Below are positions 50,644-63,001 of a stretch of 64,000 nt of DNA, piece after piece. A program made the position numbers and the translations under genes. Numbering within the stretch: position 1 is the stretch's first letter; the number at the start of each line of letters is the position of its first letter. The DNA is taken from NCBI RefSeq assembly GCF_988243305.1, contig NZ_OZ547136.1; one strand, written 5' to 3'. The notes below the pieces were generated by a model, which ran no database searches, had not been told where the DNA came from, and was given only the letters and a program-made list of their open reading frames with translations.

Positions 50644-51673
50644 AATCACCTGTTGTGTTGATAAGTTCCCTGACAACGCTGGTTGCAAAACTTCCCGCCG
50701 GAAGCCAGAAACGGATTTCTACGGTGACGTCATCCCACCAGTTCCAGCTTAATTGTTGCGGATACAGCAGCATCGCTCTGCGCGCGGCTTCAACTTTTTC
50801 GCGCACCAGTAAGGCTTGTAATTCAGTTTCTGCGGCGACAGCTGCTTGTTCGAATGCCAACGCTTCACGCTGAGTTCCCCATTCGCCACTGCCCGGCAAT
50901 GCGGCGGTTATCATCAGCTCTTTATCGTTGACGCGACGCTGTAATTCCGCCAGTTCTTCGGTGGTTGCTACAAACCAGCTACCACGTCCGGCTAATTGTA
51001 GCGCATCGCCGTCAACAACTTGATTAACGTCTGCTTTTTTGAGGCGCTCAGCAACAATCTGATTAAACAACGCACTGCGGGCTGCCGACAACCAAAAACT
51101 CCGTTTATTGCGATCGCGCACCGGAGTATTGGTTTGCGCCCAGCGCAGCGCGCCCTGCAAGTTGCTACCGCCAATCCCGAAACGTTGGGCACCGAAGTAG
51201 TTCGGTACACCTTTTACGCAAATATCGATCAGACGTTGTTCAACGTCATCGCGATTGCTCACTTCGCGCAGAACCAGGGTAAAGGCGTTACCTTTCAGCG
51301 CCCCTAAACGCAGCTTGCGCTTGTGCCGCGCATACTCCAGCACCTGGCAGCCTTCCAGTTGAAAGGCGCTCAGATCGGGCATTTCCTTGCCCGGCACGCG
51401 AGCACATAACCACTGTTCCGTTACAGCATGTTTGTCTTTTTGCCCAGCGAAGCTGACTTCACGGGCATGAATTTTAAGGAATTTCGCCAGTGCATCCGCC
51501 ACAAAACGGGTATTGCAGCCGTTTTTGAGGATTCTAACCAGAATATGCTCACCTTCACCATCAGGCTCAAAGCCCAAATCTTCCACCACCACAAAGTCTT
51601 CCGGATTGGCTTTCAGCAGCCCGGTGCCTTGCGGTTTACCGTGGAGGTAAGTGAGATTATCAAACTCAATCAT
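50624..51673 (-). CDS. truD: tRNA pseudouridine(13) synthase TruD
   Basis: 349 aa recognised as TruD. Confidence 0.94.
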
Positions 51674-52149
51674 TTTGTTGCCTTAATGAGTAGCGCCACC
51701 GCTTCACAGGCAATCCCTTCCCCACGTCCGGTAAATCCAAGTTTTTCCGTAGTAGTGGCTTTCACGTTAACATCATCCATATGGCAGCCGAGATCTTCGG
51801 CAATAAACACGCGCATTTGTGGAATGTGCGGCAACATCTTCGGTGCCTGAGCGATGATAGTGACATCGACGTTGCCCAGGGTATAACCCTTCGCCTGAAT
51901 ACGACGCCAGGCTTCGCGTAGCAGCTCGCGGCTGTCGGCACCTTTAAATGCCGGATCGGTATCCGGGAACAGCTTGCCGATATCCCCCAGCGCCGCCGCG
52001 CCAAGCAATGCATCGGTCAACGCATGGAGCGCCACGTCGCCATCAGAATGCGCCAGCAATCCTTTTTCGTAAGGAATGCGTACGCCACCAATGATAATTG
52101 GGCCTTCACCGCCAAAGGCGTGTACGTCAAAACCGTGTCCAATTCGCAT
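51670..52149 (-). CDS. ispF: 2-C-methyl-D-erythritol 2,4-cyclodiphosphate synthase
   Basis: 159 aa [27 protein letters not shown], recognised as IspF. Confidence 0.96.
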
Positions 52150-52859
52150 TATGTATTCTCCTGATGGATGGTTCGGGTGAGGTAAAACTCGGCCAGTGCC
52201 AAATCTTCCGGGCGCGTGACTTTAATGTTATCCGCGCGGCCTTCGACCAACTGCGGATGAAATCCGCAATATTCCAGCGCCGAGGCTTCGTCGGTAATGG
52301 TAGCGCCTTCATTTAGAGCGCGCGTCAGGCAGTCATGTAACAGCTCACGAGGGAAAAATTGCGGCGTCAGCGCGTGCCATAAGCCGTTGCGATCAACGGT
52401 ATGAGCAATGGCATTTTTGCCCGGTTCAGCACGTTTCATCGTATCGCGCACTGGTGCGGCGAGGATCCCCCCCGTGCGGCTGGTTTCGCTCAACGCCAAC
52501 AATCGCGCGAGGTCATCCTGATGCAGACAAGGACGAGCGGCGTCATGCACCAATACCCACTGCGCGTCGCCAGCGGCTTTCAGACCTGCCAGCACCGAAT
52601 CGGCACGCTCATCACCGCCATCTACAACGGTGATTTGCGGATGATTCGCCAGAGGAAGTTGTGCAAAACGGCTATCGCCAGGACTTATGGCAATGACGAC
52701 ATGTTTCACCCGGGGATGCGCCAGCAGCGCATGCACCGAGTGTTCAAGAATGGTTTGATTACCGATTGAGAGATATTGCTTAGGACATTCCGTTTGCATT
52801 CGACGGCCAAATCCGGCCGCCGGAACCACGGCGCAAACATCCAAATGAGTGGTTGCCAT
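52149..52859 (-). CDS. ispD: 2-C-methyl-D-erythritol 4-phosphate cytidylyltransferase
   Basis: 236 aa [21 protein letters not shown], recognised as IspD. Confidence 0.96.
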
Positions 52860-52877
52860 GTTAATTCCTGGGCTGAT

Positions 52878-53189
52878 TTATCGATTGTTTTGCCCCGCAG
52901 ACTGTGCGCGCTTCGACGCGTCAGGCACCAGACGATAAAAAGTTTCGCCCGGCCTGGTCATGCTGAGTTCATTACGCGCACGCTCTTCGAGCGCCTCCTG
53001 GCCGCCATTGAGATCGTCAATTTCGGCAAAAAGTTGATCGTTTCGCGCTTTAAGTTTCGCGTTTGTAGCTTGCTGTGCCGCCACATCATCATTGACGCGG
53101 GTATAGTCATGTATACCGTTCTTACCGAACCACAGCGAATACTGTAGCCAGACCAGAATAGCCAGCAACAGCAGCGTTAGTTTACCCAT
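52878..53189 (-). CDS. ftsB: Cell division protein FtsB
   Basis: 103 aa with N-terminal transmembrane helix and coiled coil. Confidence 0.94.
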
Positions 53190-53382
53190 CCTGCCCCCTG
53201 AAAAACGGCATCATCATCCCATGCATCCGAAGACGACTCTACATCCTCTGTTGGGGATACCGCGACAACGCGGGCAAATGTACCACATTTGTCCATTGTT
53301 ACGTATACCCAGGGCGTGCAGAACATAATCTCATTATTAGTTACGGTTTGAATTATGAACAGAGGAGACAAGAAAGTACAAA

Positions 53383-53706
53383 TTAGCCCAGTAGCCACAT
53401 AAACAGTGCGCCAAACATAATGCCTACTGTCATCAGGGTGAAAACAATACTGTAGCGTAGCTTTCCGTCCATCAATGAATGCAGCGCAATCCCCACCACT
53501 ACCGCGACAGGCATCAGTGCCAGAAAGAAAGGCCAGGTGTAGATAAAGAAAAACAGCGTGTTAGAGCCATAAATCAACATCGGCATCGCCAGCGCAAATA
53601 ACCATGAGATAAAACCGACCACGGCACCAGGCAGTGACCATGTGGTTTCTTCATCCTCAGTAAGGCTGTCGTTATTTGTTAGTGTAATGTTATGGCTATT
53701 ACGCAT
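53383..53706 (-). CDS. ygbE: Inner membrane protein YgbE (DUF3561)
   Basis: 107 aa small membrane protein recognised as YgbE. Confidence 0.85.
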   Translation of the reverse strand: MRNSHNITLTNNDSLTEDEETTWSLPGAVVGFISWLFALAMPMLIYGSNTLFFFIYTWPFFLALMPVAVVVGIALHSLMDGKLRYSIVFTLMTVGIMFGALFMWLLG

Positions 53707-53755
53707 ATTTGATCCTGTTACTTTGACGAACCGGGCATGGAAACCCGGTGGTGTC

Positions 53756-54361
53756 TCAGGATCTGATAATATCGTTCTGTCTCAACAGATCTAATAATTG
53801 CTGTACCAAATTTGTTACTAATTGTTCACCATTGAGATGAATTTCTGCCGATTCAGGCGCTTCGTAAACGGAATCTATTCCCGTAAAGTTGCGCAGTTCA
53901 CCGGCACGCGCTTTCTTATATAAGCCTTTTGGATCGCGGGCTTCGCAAATCGCCAGCGGCGTATCGACAAATACTTCGATAAAGCGCCCTTCTCCTACGC
54001 GTTCACGAACCATCTGGCGTTCGGCGCGGTGTGGCGAGATGAATGCGGTCAGCACCACCAGTCCGGCTTCAACCATCAAATTCGCCACTTCACCGACGCG
54101 ACGGATATTCTCTTTACGATCGGCATCGCTAAAACCGAGATCGCTGCATAATCCGTGGCGAACATTGTCGCCATCCAGCAGATACGTACTGACGCCGAGT
54201 TTATGTAACGCCTCCTCCAGCGCCCCGGCGACCGTTGATTTACCGGACCCGGAGAGGCCGGTAAACCACAGCACTACACCACGATGACCGTGGTGTAGCT
54301 CGCGTTGTTGTACAGTGACTGGATGGCTATGCCAGACGACGTTTTCGTCATGCAGCGCCAT
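53756..54361 (-). CDS. cysC: Adenylyl-sulfate kinase
   Basis: 201 aa with P-loop GLSGSGKST. Confidence 0.96.
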
Positions 54362-55788
54362 TATTTATCCCCCAGCAAATCGCGTGCGCCCCAGTGCGGA
54401 AAGTGGCGACGAACCAGGGCATTCAATTCCAGTTCAAATGCACTGAATTCAGATGGCGCAGCAGTTGCCTGGCTAACTGGCTCGTGCACCATACCGGCAC
54501 CCACGGTCACATTGCTCAGGCGATCGATAAAAATCAGCCCACCGGTAACCGGATTTTGCTGATAACGATCTAACACCAGTGGCTCGTCAAAAGTGAGATC
54601 CACCAGGCCGATGCCGTTCAGCGGCAGGTTTTCAACTTCGCGTTGGGTAAGGTTATTAATATCAACCTGATAACGAATACCATCAACACGAGCACGCGTC
54701 TTCTTACCGGCAATTTTGATGTCATAACTCTGGCCCGCGGAAAGCGGCTGTTCCGCCATCCATACCACATCCACCGACGCGCTCTGCACAGCCGGTAACG
54801 CTTCGTCTGCCGCCAGCAGCAGATCGCCACGGCTGATGTCGATCTCATCCGTCAGCACCAGGGTGATCGCTTCTCCGGCAAAGGCTTCTTCGCGATCGCC
54901 ATCAAAAGTCACGATCCGCGCGACGTTTGATTCCACACCAGAGGGCAGCACTTTGACACGTTGCCCGACTTCCACTCGACCGGATGCCAGCGTTCCGGCG
55001 TAGCCACGAAAATCGAGATTCGGGCGATTAACGTACTGCACCGGGAAGCGCATTGGCTGGGCATCCACCACTCGCTGGATCTCCACGGTTTCCAGCACTT
55101 CGAGCAGTGTCGGACCGCTGTACCACGGCATACTTTCACTTTGCGAAGCCACGTTGTCACCTTCCAGTGCGGAGAGCGGCACAAAGCGGATATCCAGATT
55201 ACCCGGCAGCTGCCCGGCAAAGGTCAGATAATCTTCACGAATACGGGTGAACGTCTCTTCACTGTAATCCACCAGATCCATTTTGTTGATCGCCACGACC
55301 AGATGTTTGATCCCCAACAGTGTGGAGATAAAACTGTGACGACGGGTTTGATCGAGCACGCCTTTACGGGCATCGATCAGTAAGATCGCCAGTTCACATG
55401 TCGATGCGCCAGTCGCCATATTGCGAGTGTACTGCTCGTGCCCTGGGGTATCGGCGATAATAAATTTACGCTTCTCGGTAGAGAAATAACGGTAAGCCAC
55501 GTCAATGGTGATGCCCTGTTCGCGCTCAGCTTGCAGGCCGTCCACCAGCAGTGCCAGATCCAGTTTTTCGCCCTGGGTGCCGTGACGTTTACTGTCGTTA
55601 TGCAGCGATGAGAGCTGATCTTCGTAGATTTGGCGGGTATCGTGCAGCAGGCGACCAATCAGGGTACTTTTGCCGTCATCGACGCTACCACAGGTCAGAA
55701 AACGCAGCAGGCTTTTATGTTGTTGCGCAATCATCCAGGCTTCGACGCCGCCTTCATTGGCGATTTGTTGTGCAAGTGCGGTGTTCAT
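54361..55788 (-). CDS. cysN: Sulfate adenylyltransferase subunit 1 (GTPase)
   Basis: 475 aa with GTPase motifs GSVDDGKST and DTPGH. Confidence 0.96.
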
Positions 55789-55789
55789 C

Positions 55790-56698
55790 TTAAAAATACC
55801 CCTGACGTTTTTTCAACTCCATGGATCCCGCCTGGTCGCGGTCAATCACGCGACCCTGACGTTCACTGGTGGTGGAAACCAGCATCTCTTCGATGATTTC
55901 CGGCAGTGTTTGTGCATTTGACTCCACCGCACCGGTCAGCGGCCAGCAGCCCAGCGTACGGAAACGCACCATCCGTTTTTTAATCACTTCTCCCGGTTGC
56001 AGGTCGATACGGTTGTCATCAATCATCATCAACATACCGTCGCGTTCCAGAACCGGTCGTTCCGCAGCGAGATACAGTGGAACAATGTCAATATTTTCCA
56101 GCCAGATGTATTGCCAGATATCCTGCTCGGTCCAGTTAGAGAGCGGGAAGACGCGGATGCTTTCGCCTTTGTTAATTTGCCCGTTGTAGTTGTGCCACAG
56201 CTCCGGGCGCTGATTTTTCGGATCCCAGCGATGGAAGCGGTCACGGAAAGAGTAGATTCGCTCTTTAGCGCGGGATTTCTCTTCGTCGCGGCGCGCACCA
56301 CCGAAGGCGGCATCAAAACCGTATTTATTCAGCGCCTGTTTCAGGCCTTCAGTTTTCATAATATCGGTATGTTTCGCGCTGCCATGAACGAATGGATTAA
56401 TCCCCATCGCCACGCCTTCCGGGTTTTTATGCACCAGCAGCTCGCAGCCGTAGGCTTTAGCCGTACGATCGCGGAACTCATACATCTCGCGGAATTTCCA
56501 GCCGGTATCGACATGCAGCAACGGGAAAGGCAGCGTACCTGGATAAAACGCCTTGCGCGCCAGATGCAGCATGACGCTGGAATCTTTACCGATAGAGTAG
56601 AGCATCACCGGATTTGAGAATTCTGCCGCCACCTCGCGAATAATGTGGATGCTTTCCGCCTCCAGTTGCCGCAGGTGAGTAAGTCGTTTTTGATCCAT
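55790..56698 (-). CDS. cysD: Sulfate adenylyltransferase subunit 2
   Basis: 302 aa PAPS-reductase-like fold, recognised as CysD. Confidence 0.96.
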   Translation of the reverse strand: MDQKRLTHLRQLEAESIHIIREVAAEFSNPVMLYSIGKDSSVMLHLARKAFYPGTLPFPLLHVDTGWKFREMYEFRDRTAKAYGCELLVHKNPEGVAMGINPFVHGSAKHTDIMKTEGLKQALNKYGFDAAFGGARRDEEKSRAKERIYSFRDRFHRWDPKNQRPELWHNYNGQINKGESIRVFPLSNWTEQDIWQYIWLENIDIVPLYLAAERPVLERDGMLMMIDDNRIDLQPGEVIKKRMVRFRTLGCWPLTGAVESNAQTLPEIIEEMLVSTTSERQGRVIDRDQAGSMELKKRQGYF

Positions 56699-56949
56699 AA
56701 CCGTTCCTTTGCAATACCGCTATTTTCTTGCCATCAGATGTTTCGACTATAGGGAGCGTAAGAGAACGAATGAAATTACCAATTAGAATGAGTAGTTCCT
56801 TAACGGAATAACGATTTGGCAAAGCTAATATCAAAAAGTGCTTAAGGCACCGGATTTCGGGCGTTTAGGAAGATTTGAAATTGTTTTAGCGCAGCGGCAG
56901 TTTCATACTATGGCGGTAAAAAAATTTGCATGGTATTTAAGGACTCACT

Positions 56950-57987
56950 ATGTTTTCCGCATTGCGCCACCGTACCGCTGCCCTGGCGCTCGGCGTATGC
57001 TTTATTCTCCCCGTACACGCCTCGTCACCTAAACCTGGCGATTTTGCTAATACCCAGGCACGACATATTGCTACTTTCTTTCCGGGACGCATGACCGGAA
57101 CTCCTGCAGAAATGTTATCTGCCGATTATATTCGCCAGCAGTTTCAGCAAATGGGTTATCGCAGTGATATTCGGACATTTAATAGTCGGTATATTTATAC
57201 CGCCCGCGATAATCGCAAGAGCTGGCATAACGTGACGGGAAGTACGGTGATTGCCGCTCATGAAGGCAAAGCGCCGCAGCAGATCATCATTATGGCGCAT
57301 CTGGATACTTACGCCCCGCTGAGCGATGCTGACGCCGATGCCAATCTCGGCGGGCTGACGTTACAAGGAATGGATGATAACGCCGCAGGTTTAGGTGTCA
57401 TGCTGGAACTGGCAGAACGCCTGAAAAATACGCCTACCGAGTATGGTATTCGATTTGTGGCGACCAGTGGTGAAGAGGAAGGGAAATTAGGTGCTGAGAA
57501 TTTACTCAAGCGGATGAGTGACACCGAAAAGAAAAATACGCTGCTGGTGATTAATCTCGATAACTTAATTGTTGGCGATAAATTGTATTTCAACAGCGGC
57601 GTAAAAACCCCTGAAGCAGTAAGGAAATTAACGCGCGACAGGGCGCTGGCAATTGCGCGTAGTCATGGAATTGCCGCAACGACCAATCCGGGTTTGAATA
57701 AAAATTATCCGAAGGGTACTGGCTGTTGTAATGACGCCGAAGTTTTCGACAAAGCCGGTATTGCCGTACTTTCGGTAGAAGCAACAAATTGGAATCTTGG
57801 GAATAAGGATGGTTATCAGCAACGCGCAAAAACAGCTGCATTCCCTGCGGGAAATAGCTGGCATGACGTAAGACTGGATAATCAACAACATATTGATAAG
57901 GCACTTCCAGGAAGAATAGAACGTCGCTGCCGTGATGTTATGCGGATAATGCTACCGCTGGTGAAGGAGCTGGCGAAGGCGTCTTGA
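56950..57987 (+). CDS. iap: Alkaline phosphatase isozyme conversion aminopeptidase (M28 family)
   Basis: 345 aa with signal peptide, recognised as Iap. Confidence 0.93.
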   Translation: MFSALRHRTAALALGVCFILPVHASSPKPGDFANTQARHIATFFPGRMTGTPAEMLSADYIRQQFQQMGYRSDIRTFNSRYIYTARDNRKSWHNVTGSTVIAAHEGKAPQQIIIMAHLDTYAPLSDADADANLGGLTLQGMDDNAAGLGVMLELAERLKNTPTEYGIRFVATSGEEEGKLGAENLLKRMSDTEKKNTLLVINLDNLIVGDKLYFNSGVKTPEAVRKLTRDRALAIARSHGIAATTNPGLNKNYPKGTGCCNDAEVFDKAGIAVLSVEATNWNLGNKDGYQQRAKTAAFPAGNSWHDVRLDNQQHIDKALPGRIERRCRDVMRIMLPLVKELAKAS

Positions 57988-58007
57988 TGGGTTTGAAAAT
58001 AGGAGCT

Positions 58008-60414
58008 GGGAGTTCTACCGCAGGGGCGGGGAACTCCAAGTGATATCCATCATCGCATCCAGTGCGTCCGGTTTATCCCCGCTGACGCGGGGAACTCCGT
58101 GTGGGAACTACGAGTAGGCCGTTTTCTCTCGGTTTATCCCCGCTGGCGCGGGGAACTCCAATATCCGCGCCGTACCCAGCAAATGCTGACGGTTTATCCC
58201 CGCTGGCGCGGGGAACTCTACCGCATATTCACCAAAGTCCTCTATTTTGTCGGTTTATCCCCGCTGACGCGGGGAACTCGAGCGGACGCTCGACGATAAC
58301 ACCGATTTGCAAGGTTTATCCCCGCTGGCGCGGGGAACTCCAATATCCGCGCCGTACCCAGCAAATGCTGACGGTTTATCCCCGCTGGCGCGGGGAACTC
58401 TACCGCATATTCACCAAAGTCCTCTATTTTGTCGGTTTATCCCCGCTGACGCGGGGAACTCGAGCGGACGCTCGACGATAACACCGATTTGCAAGGTTTA
58501 TCCCCGCTGACGCGGGGAACTCCCGTCAGGCCGCGTCAATCGTTTAGCCCACGGCGGTTTATCCCCGCTGACGCGGGGAACTCACATGGAGTACATCATG
58601 AACAGACCACTGACCCGGTTTATCCCCGCTGACGCGGGGAACTCAGATTTTAGATGAGATGAAGTTGAATAGTTTACGGTTTATCCCCGCTGACGCGGGG
58701 AACTCATAAATCATTCTTTTCTTTCATCACCTACGACCGGTTTATCCCCGCTGACGCGGGAAACTCCTGTAGACGTTCTTTGGTAATGGTTTTCATCACG
58801 GTTTATCCCCGCTGACGCGGGGAACTCAATACTACAAACATCAAATGCGTTATTTACTGCGGTTTATCCCCGCTGACGCGGGGAACTCTAAGCCGTGACG
58901 AGGGTCGCCGCTGGCGTCAACGGTTTATCCCCGCTGACGCGGGGAACTCTTACAGATGTAATAAATCACACATGTAATAGCCGGTTTATCCCCGCTGACG
59001 CGGGGAACTCGATCGGGAGGATTTTAAACGCTGGTCAATGGCCGGTTTATCCCCGCTGACGCGGGGAACTCAATTACCGGGTGTCTAGTGCTCATACGCA
59101 GCCCGGTTTATCCCCGCTGACGCGGGGAACTCAATTACTGGGTGTCTCGTGCTCATATGCAGCCCGGTTTATCCCCGCTGACGCGGGGAACTCTTTCCCC
59201 CATGCGGGAAGCGCGTGCGATTTCGCGGTTTATCCCCGCTGACGCGGGGAACTCTTTTAGGTGTGCTGAGATTATTTGTCGCGGCGCGGTTTATCCCCGC
59301 TGACGCGGGGAACTCTTATCAGCAGCCAGACCAGCATTCGGGGAATACGGTTTATCCCCGCTGACGCGGGGAACTCATGATCAAATCAGTGCCGAGCTGG
59401 TGCAGATGCGGTTTATCCCCGCTGACGCGGGGAACTCAAAACAGGTTTGCCTGTCGCCCTCCGGTCCACCGGTTTATCCCCGCTGACGCGGGGAACTCCA
59501 ATCCGTTTATTACTTTATTTCTGCCGCCTTCGGTTTATCCCCGCTGACGCGGGGAACTCCAACGTTTTGGTAATCAACGGAAGGAGCTTCGCGGTTTATC
59601 CCCGCTGACGCGGGGAACTCAATAAATTCAGGAGCGGTAACGATATATTTAACGGTTTATCCCCGCTGACGCGGGGAACTCGTAAAGGCGTTGCCCTGTT
59701 CCGTCGCTGTTGTCGGTTTATCCCCGCTGACGCGGGGAACTCATCCGTTAATTATTGAGAGAGCTATCAGCTATCGGTTTATCCCCGCTGACGCGGGGAA
59801 CTCACCATCAGTCCTTGAGCCGAGAAAATCGCCGCCGGTTTATCCCCGCTGACGCGGGGAACTCAGCTATATACGGGAGCAAGATTATAATATCTGCGGT
59901 TTATCCCCGCTGACGCGGGGAACTCTTTCGCCCAATCTTGCGCGCTCTGACCTATCTGGGTTTATCCCCGCTGACGCGGGGAACTCGTGGGTGGCTGCCG
60001 TCGCGGCTGGTGCTGCGGCGGTTTATCCCCGCTGACGCGGGGAACTCACTGAGTATTTGCCTCAAGTGATGTACTGGTCCGGTTTATCCCCGCTGACGCG
60101 GGGAACTCAATATCGCCGTCAATGCCAATATTTTTCCGCGCGGTTTATCCCCGCTGACGCGGGGAACTCGTGAAAATAGAGGAAGGGCGCATTATTGGCG
60201 GCGGTTTATCCCCGCTGACGCGGGGAACTCGCGTCAGAAGCGATTGAATCAATAGCGGATCACGGTTTATCCCCGCTGACGCGGGGAACTCGTCCATTTT
60301 CCCCCTGGAGGCTGTAATTCACCGCGGTTTATCCCCGCTGACGCGGGGAACTCTTATTCAGCCAACGCGGCGCGGGGCTTGTTTGCGGTTTATCCCCGCT
60401 GACGCGGGGAACTC
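58008..60414 (-). CRISPR. Type I-E CRISPR array: 39 full 29-nt repeats plus one degenerate terminal repeat, 39 spacers (31-33 nt)
   Basis: Repeat CGGTTTATCCCCGCTG(A/G)CGCGGGGAACTC at about 61-bp period, i.e. GAGTTCCCCGCG(T/C)CAGCGGGGATAAACCG on the transcribed strand. The degenerate repeat is at the iap end and the AT-rich leader at the cas2 end. Confidence 0.97.
58130..58493 (-). repeat. Tandem duplication (2 x 182 bp) of a three-spacer/three-repeat block inside the CRISPR array
   Basis: Spacers CAATATCCGCGCCGTACCCAGCAAATGCTGA, TACCGCATATTCACCAAAGTCCTCTATTTTGT and GAGCGGACGCTCGACGATAACACCGATTTGCA occur twice in the same order, each copy with the same GGC/GGC/GAC repeat variants; ORF-track peptides are duplicated accordingly. 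Confidence 0.95.
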
Positions 60415-60519
60415 TCTAAAAGTATACATTTGTTCTTAAAGCATTTTTTCCCATAAAAACAACCCACCAACCTTAATGTAACATTTCCTTATTATTAAAG
60501 ATCAGCTAATTCTTTGTTT
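60415..60519 (-). promoter_or_regulatory. CRISPR leader (AT-rich) with array promoter
   Basis: AT-rich segment between the last repeat and the cas2 stop; sets array polarity. Confidence 0.8.
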
Positions 60520-61723
<1,204 letters not shown>

Positions 61724-61738
61724 TTTATTACACCTAAA

Positions 61739-62338
61739 TCACAGTGGAGCCAAAGATAGCAAGCCACATCCCATCGATTTAGCTGGCCCAATACCTTGCT
61801 GTACAAGATCTATTAACGCTGGCGCGTCGTTGATGGTGATCACCCCTTCAAAGCAAACCGTTTGAATCTTTCCACTTTTACCATCACCAGAAAAATACTG
61901 TGGCCGTTCCGATATGGGATGCACATCTTCAACGCGCGCCGCATTGCCCAATTTACGTTGCAACCACGCGATTTGTTCTGCTTCTTTTATTAACGGAACC
62001 CGACAGCGTTTAATATTCCCTTTACTATCCAGGCGCTTTTGATTGTCGAGAATAGTTTTGATCGGATTTGCCCGAAGCCGAAAATAGAGTGGAACACCAA
62101 CCTGAAGTTGAAATTCAACCTGTTTAGTTTTAATGACTGTCGCAACAGCAGTTGAAACAGGCATTTGCGCTGACTGCAATAAAACATGACAGCCTTCTGG
62201 TGTGTTTCGCTTCTCAACATGAAAAAGAAAATCACGAGCAGCATCCGGTCTGTTTGGAAATAAATGCCATAATCCCTGGTGAAGTTGGTAAAGATCCCTG
62301 CTCCAGGCCCTGGCAATGATGACTTTACTGAGATACAT
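61739..62338 (-). CDS. cas6e: Cas6e (CasE) pre-crRNA endoribonuclease
   Basis: 199 aa recognised as CasE. Confidence 0.95.
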   Translation of the reverse strand: MYLSKVIIARAWSRDLYQLHQGLWHLFPNRPDAARDFLFHVEKRNTPEGCHVLLQSAQMPVSTAVATVIKTKQVEFQLQVGVPLYFRLRANPIKTILDNQKRLDSKGNIKRCRVPLIKEAEQIAWLQRKLGNAARVEDVHPISERPQYFSGDGKSGKIQTVCFEGVITINDAPALIDLVQQGIGPAKSMGCGLLSLAPL

Positions 62339-62999
62339 CCATACCTCCTTTAATCACATACCATTCTCGGGAAGCAAATTGTCGAGGTAAGGTGATCATC
62401 GGTTCGTCGCGCGCCGTAAATTTTAAATGATGCCCTGTAACTGATTCCTCACTATAAATATCGCCGCCAACGGGCTCATAATTTAATAGCGCCTTCTGAG
62501 GATCCGATGCCTGACATGTCCCCAAAAAAAGCGGGTGTGTTAGTGGGCAACTTCTCCGCCCCAGGTAGGGTGTATACCGAGGCTTTAATACTGCTTTTTC
62601 AAGTTCTGAGATAACCATCGTTGCATGGGGTGTTAACCAGAGAGCGACGGTAAAGGAGGCATCACATAAATATTCGCGCCATGTTTGAATCGTTTCATGA
62701 CTTTTCAAACCACGGTAATCTTCTCGCGCTCCAAGGACTGTATGGTAATCACGCAACCCCGTTACAGACACACGACGATCGTCAAGAATGAGTTCATCGC
62801 AGCGCACTGCAAATTGCACACTCTCTGATAACACCTGTAATGAAGAAGTATCATCACGTTGGATCCCAAGACAAGCCCCGAGTAGCCCTAATAACCCGCT
62901 TCGGGTCGGAAAACTTCCGGTAGGTCGCGTTCCTTCAAAGGTCGGCAGCCCCCAGGCTTGCATTGGCCCAGCAAGCCGCAAGATCAAATAAGATCTCAT
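62325..62999 (-). CDS. cas5: Cas5e (CasD) Cascade subunit
   Basis: Start trimmed to MRSYLILRLAGPMQAWG. Confidence 0.94.
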   Translation of the reverse strand: MRSYLILRLAGPMQAWGLPTFEGTRPTGSFPTRSGLLGLLGACLGIQRDDTSSLQVLSESVQFAVRCDELILDDRRVSVTGLRDYHTVLGAREDYRGLKSHETIQTWREYLCDASFTVALWLTPHATMVISELEKAVLKPRYTPYLGRRSCPLTHPLFLGTCQASDPQKALLNYEPVGGDIYSEESVTGHHLKFTARDEPMITLPRQFASREWYVIKGGMDVSQ

Positions 63000-63001
63000 G
63001 T

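Noticed and set aside
58099-58510. Plus-strand ORFs of 66-126 aa with repeated SPLARG / VYPRWRGEL peptides
   Set aside because: They are translations of the CRISPR repeats (CGGTTTATCCCCGCTGGCGCGGGGAACTC); the open frames arise from repeat periodicity.
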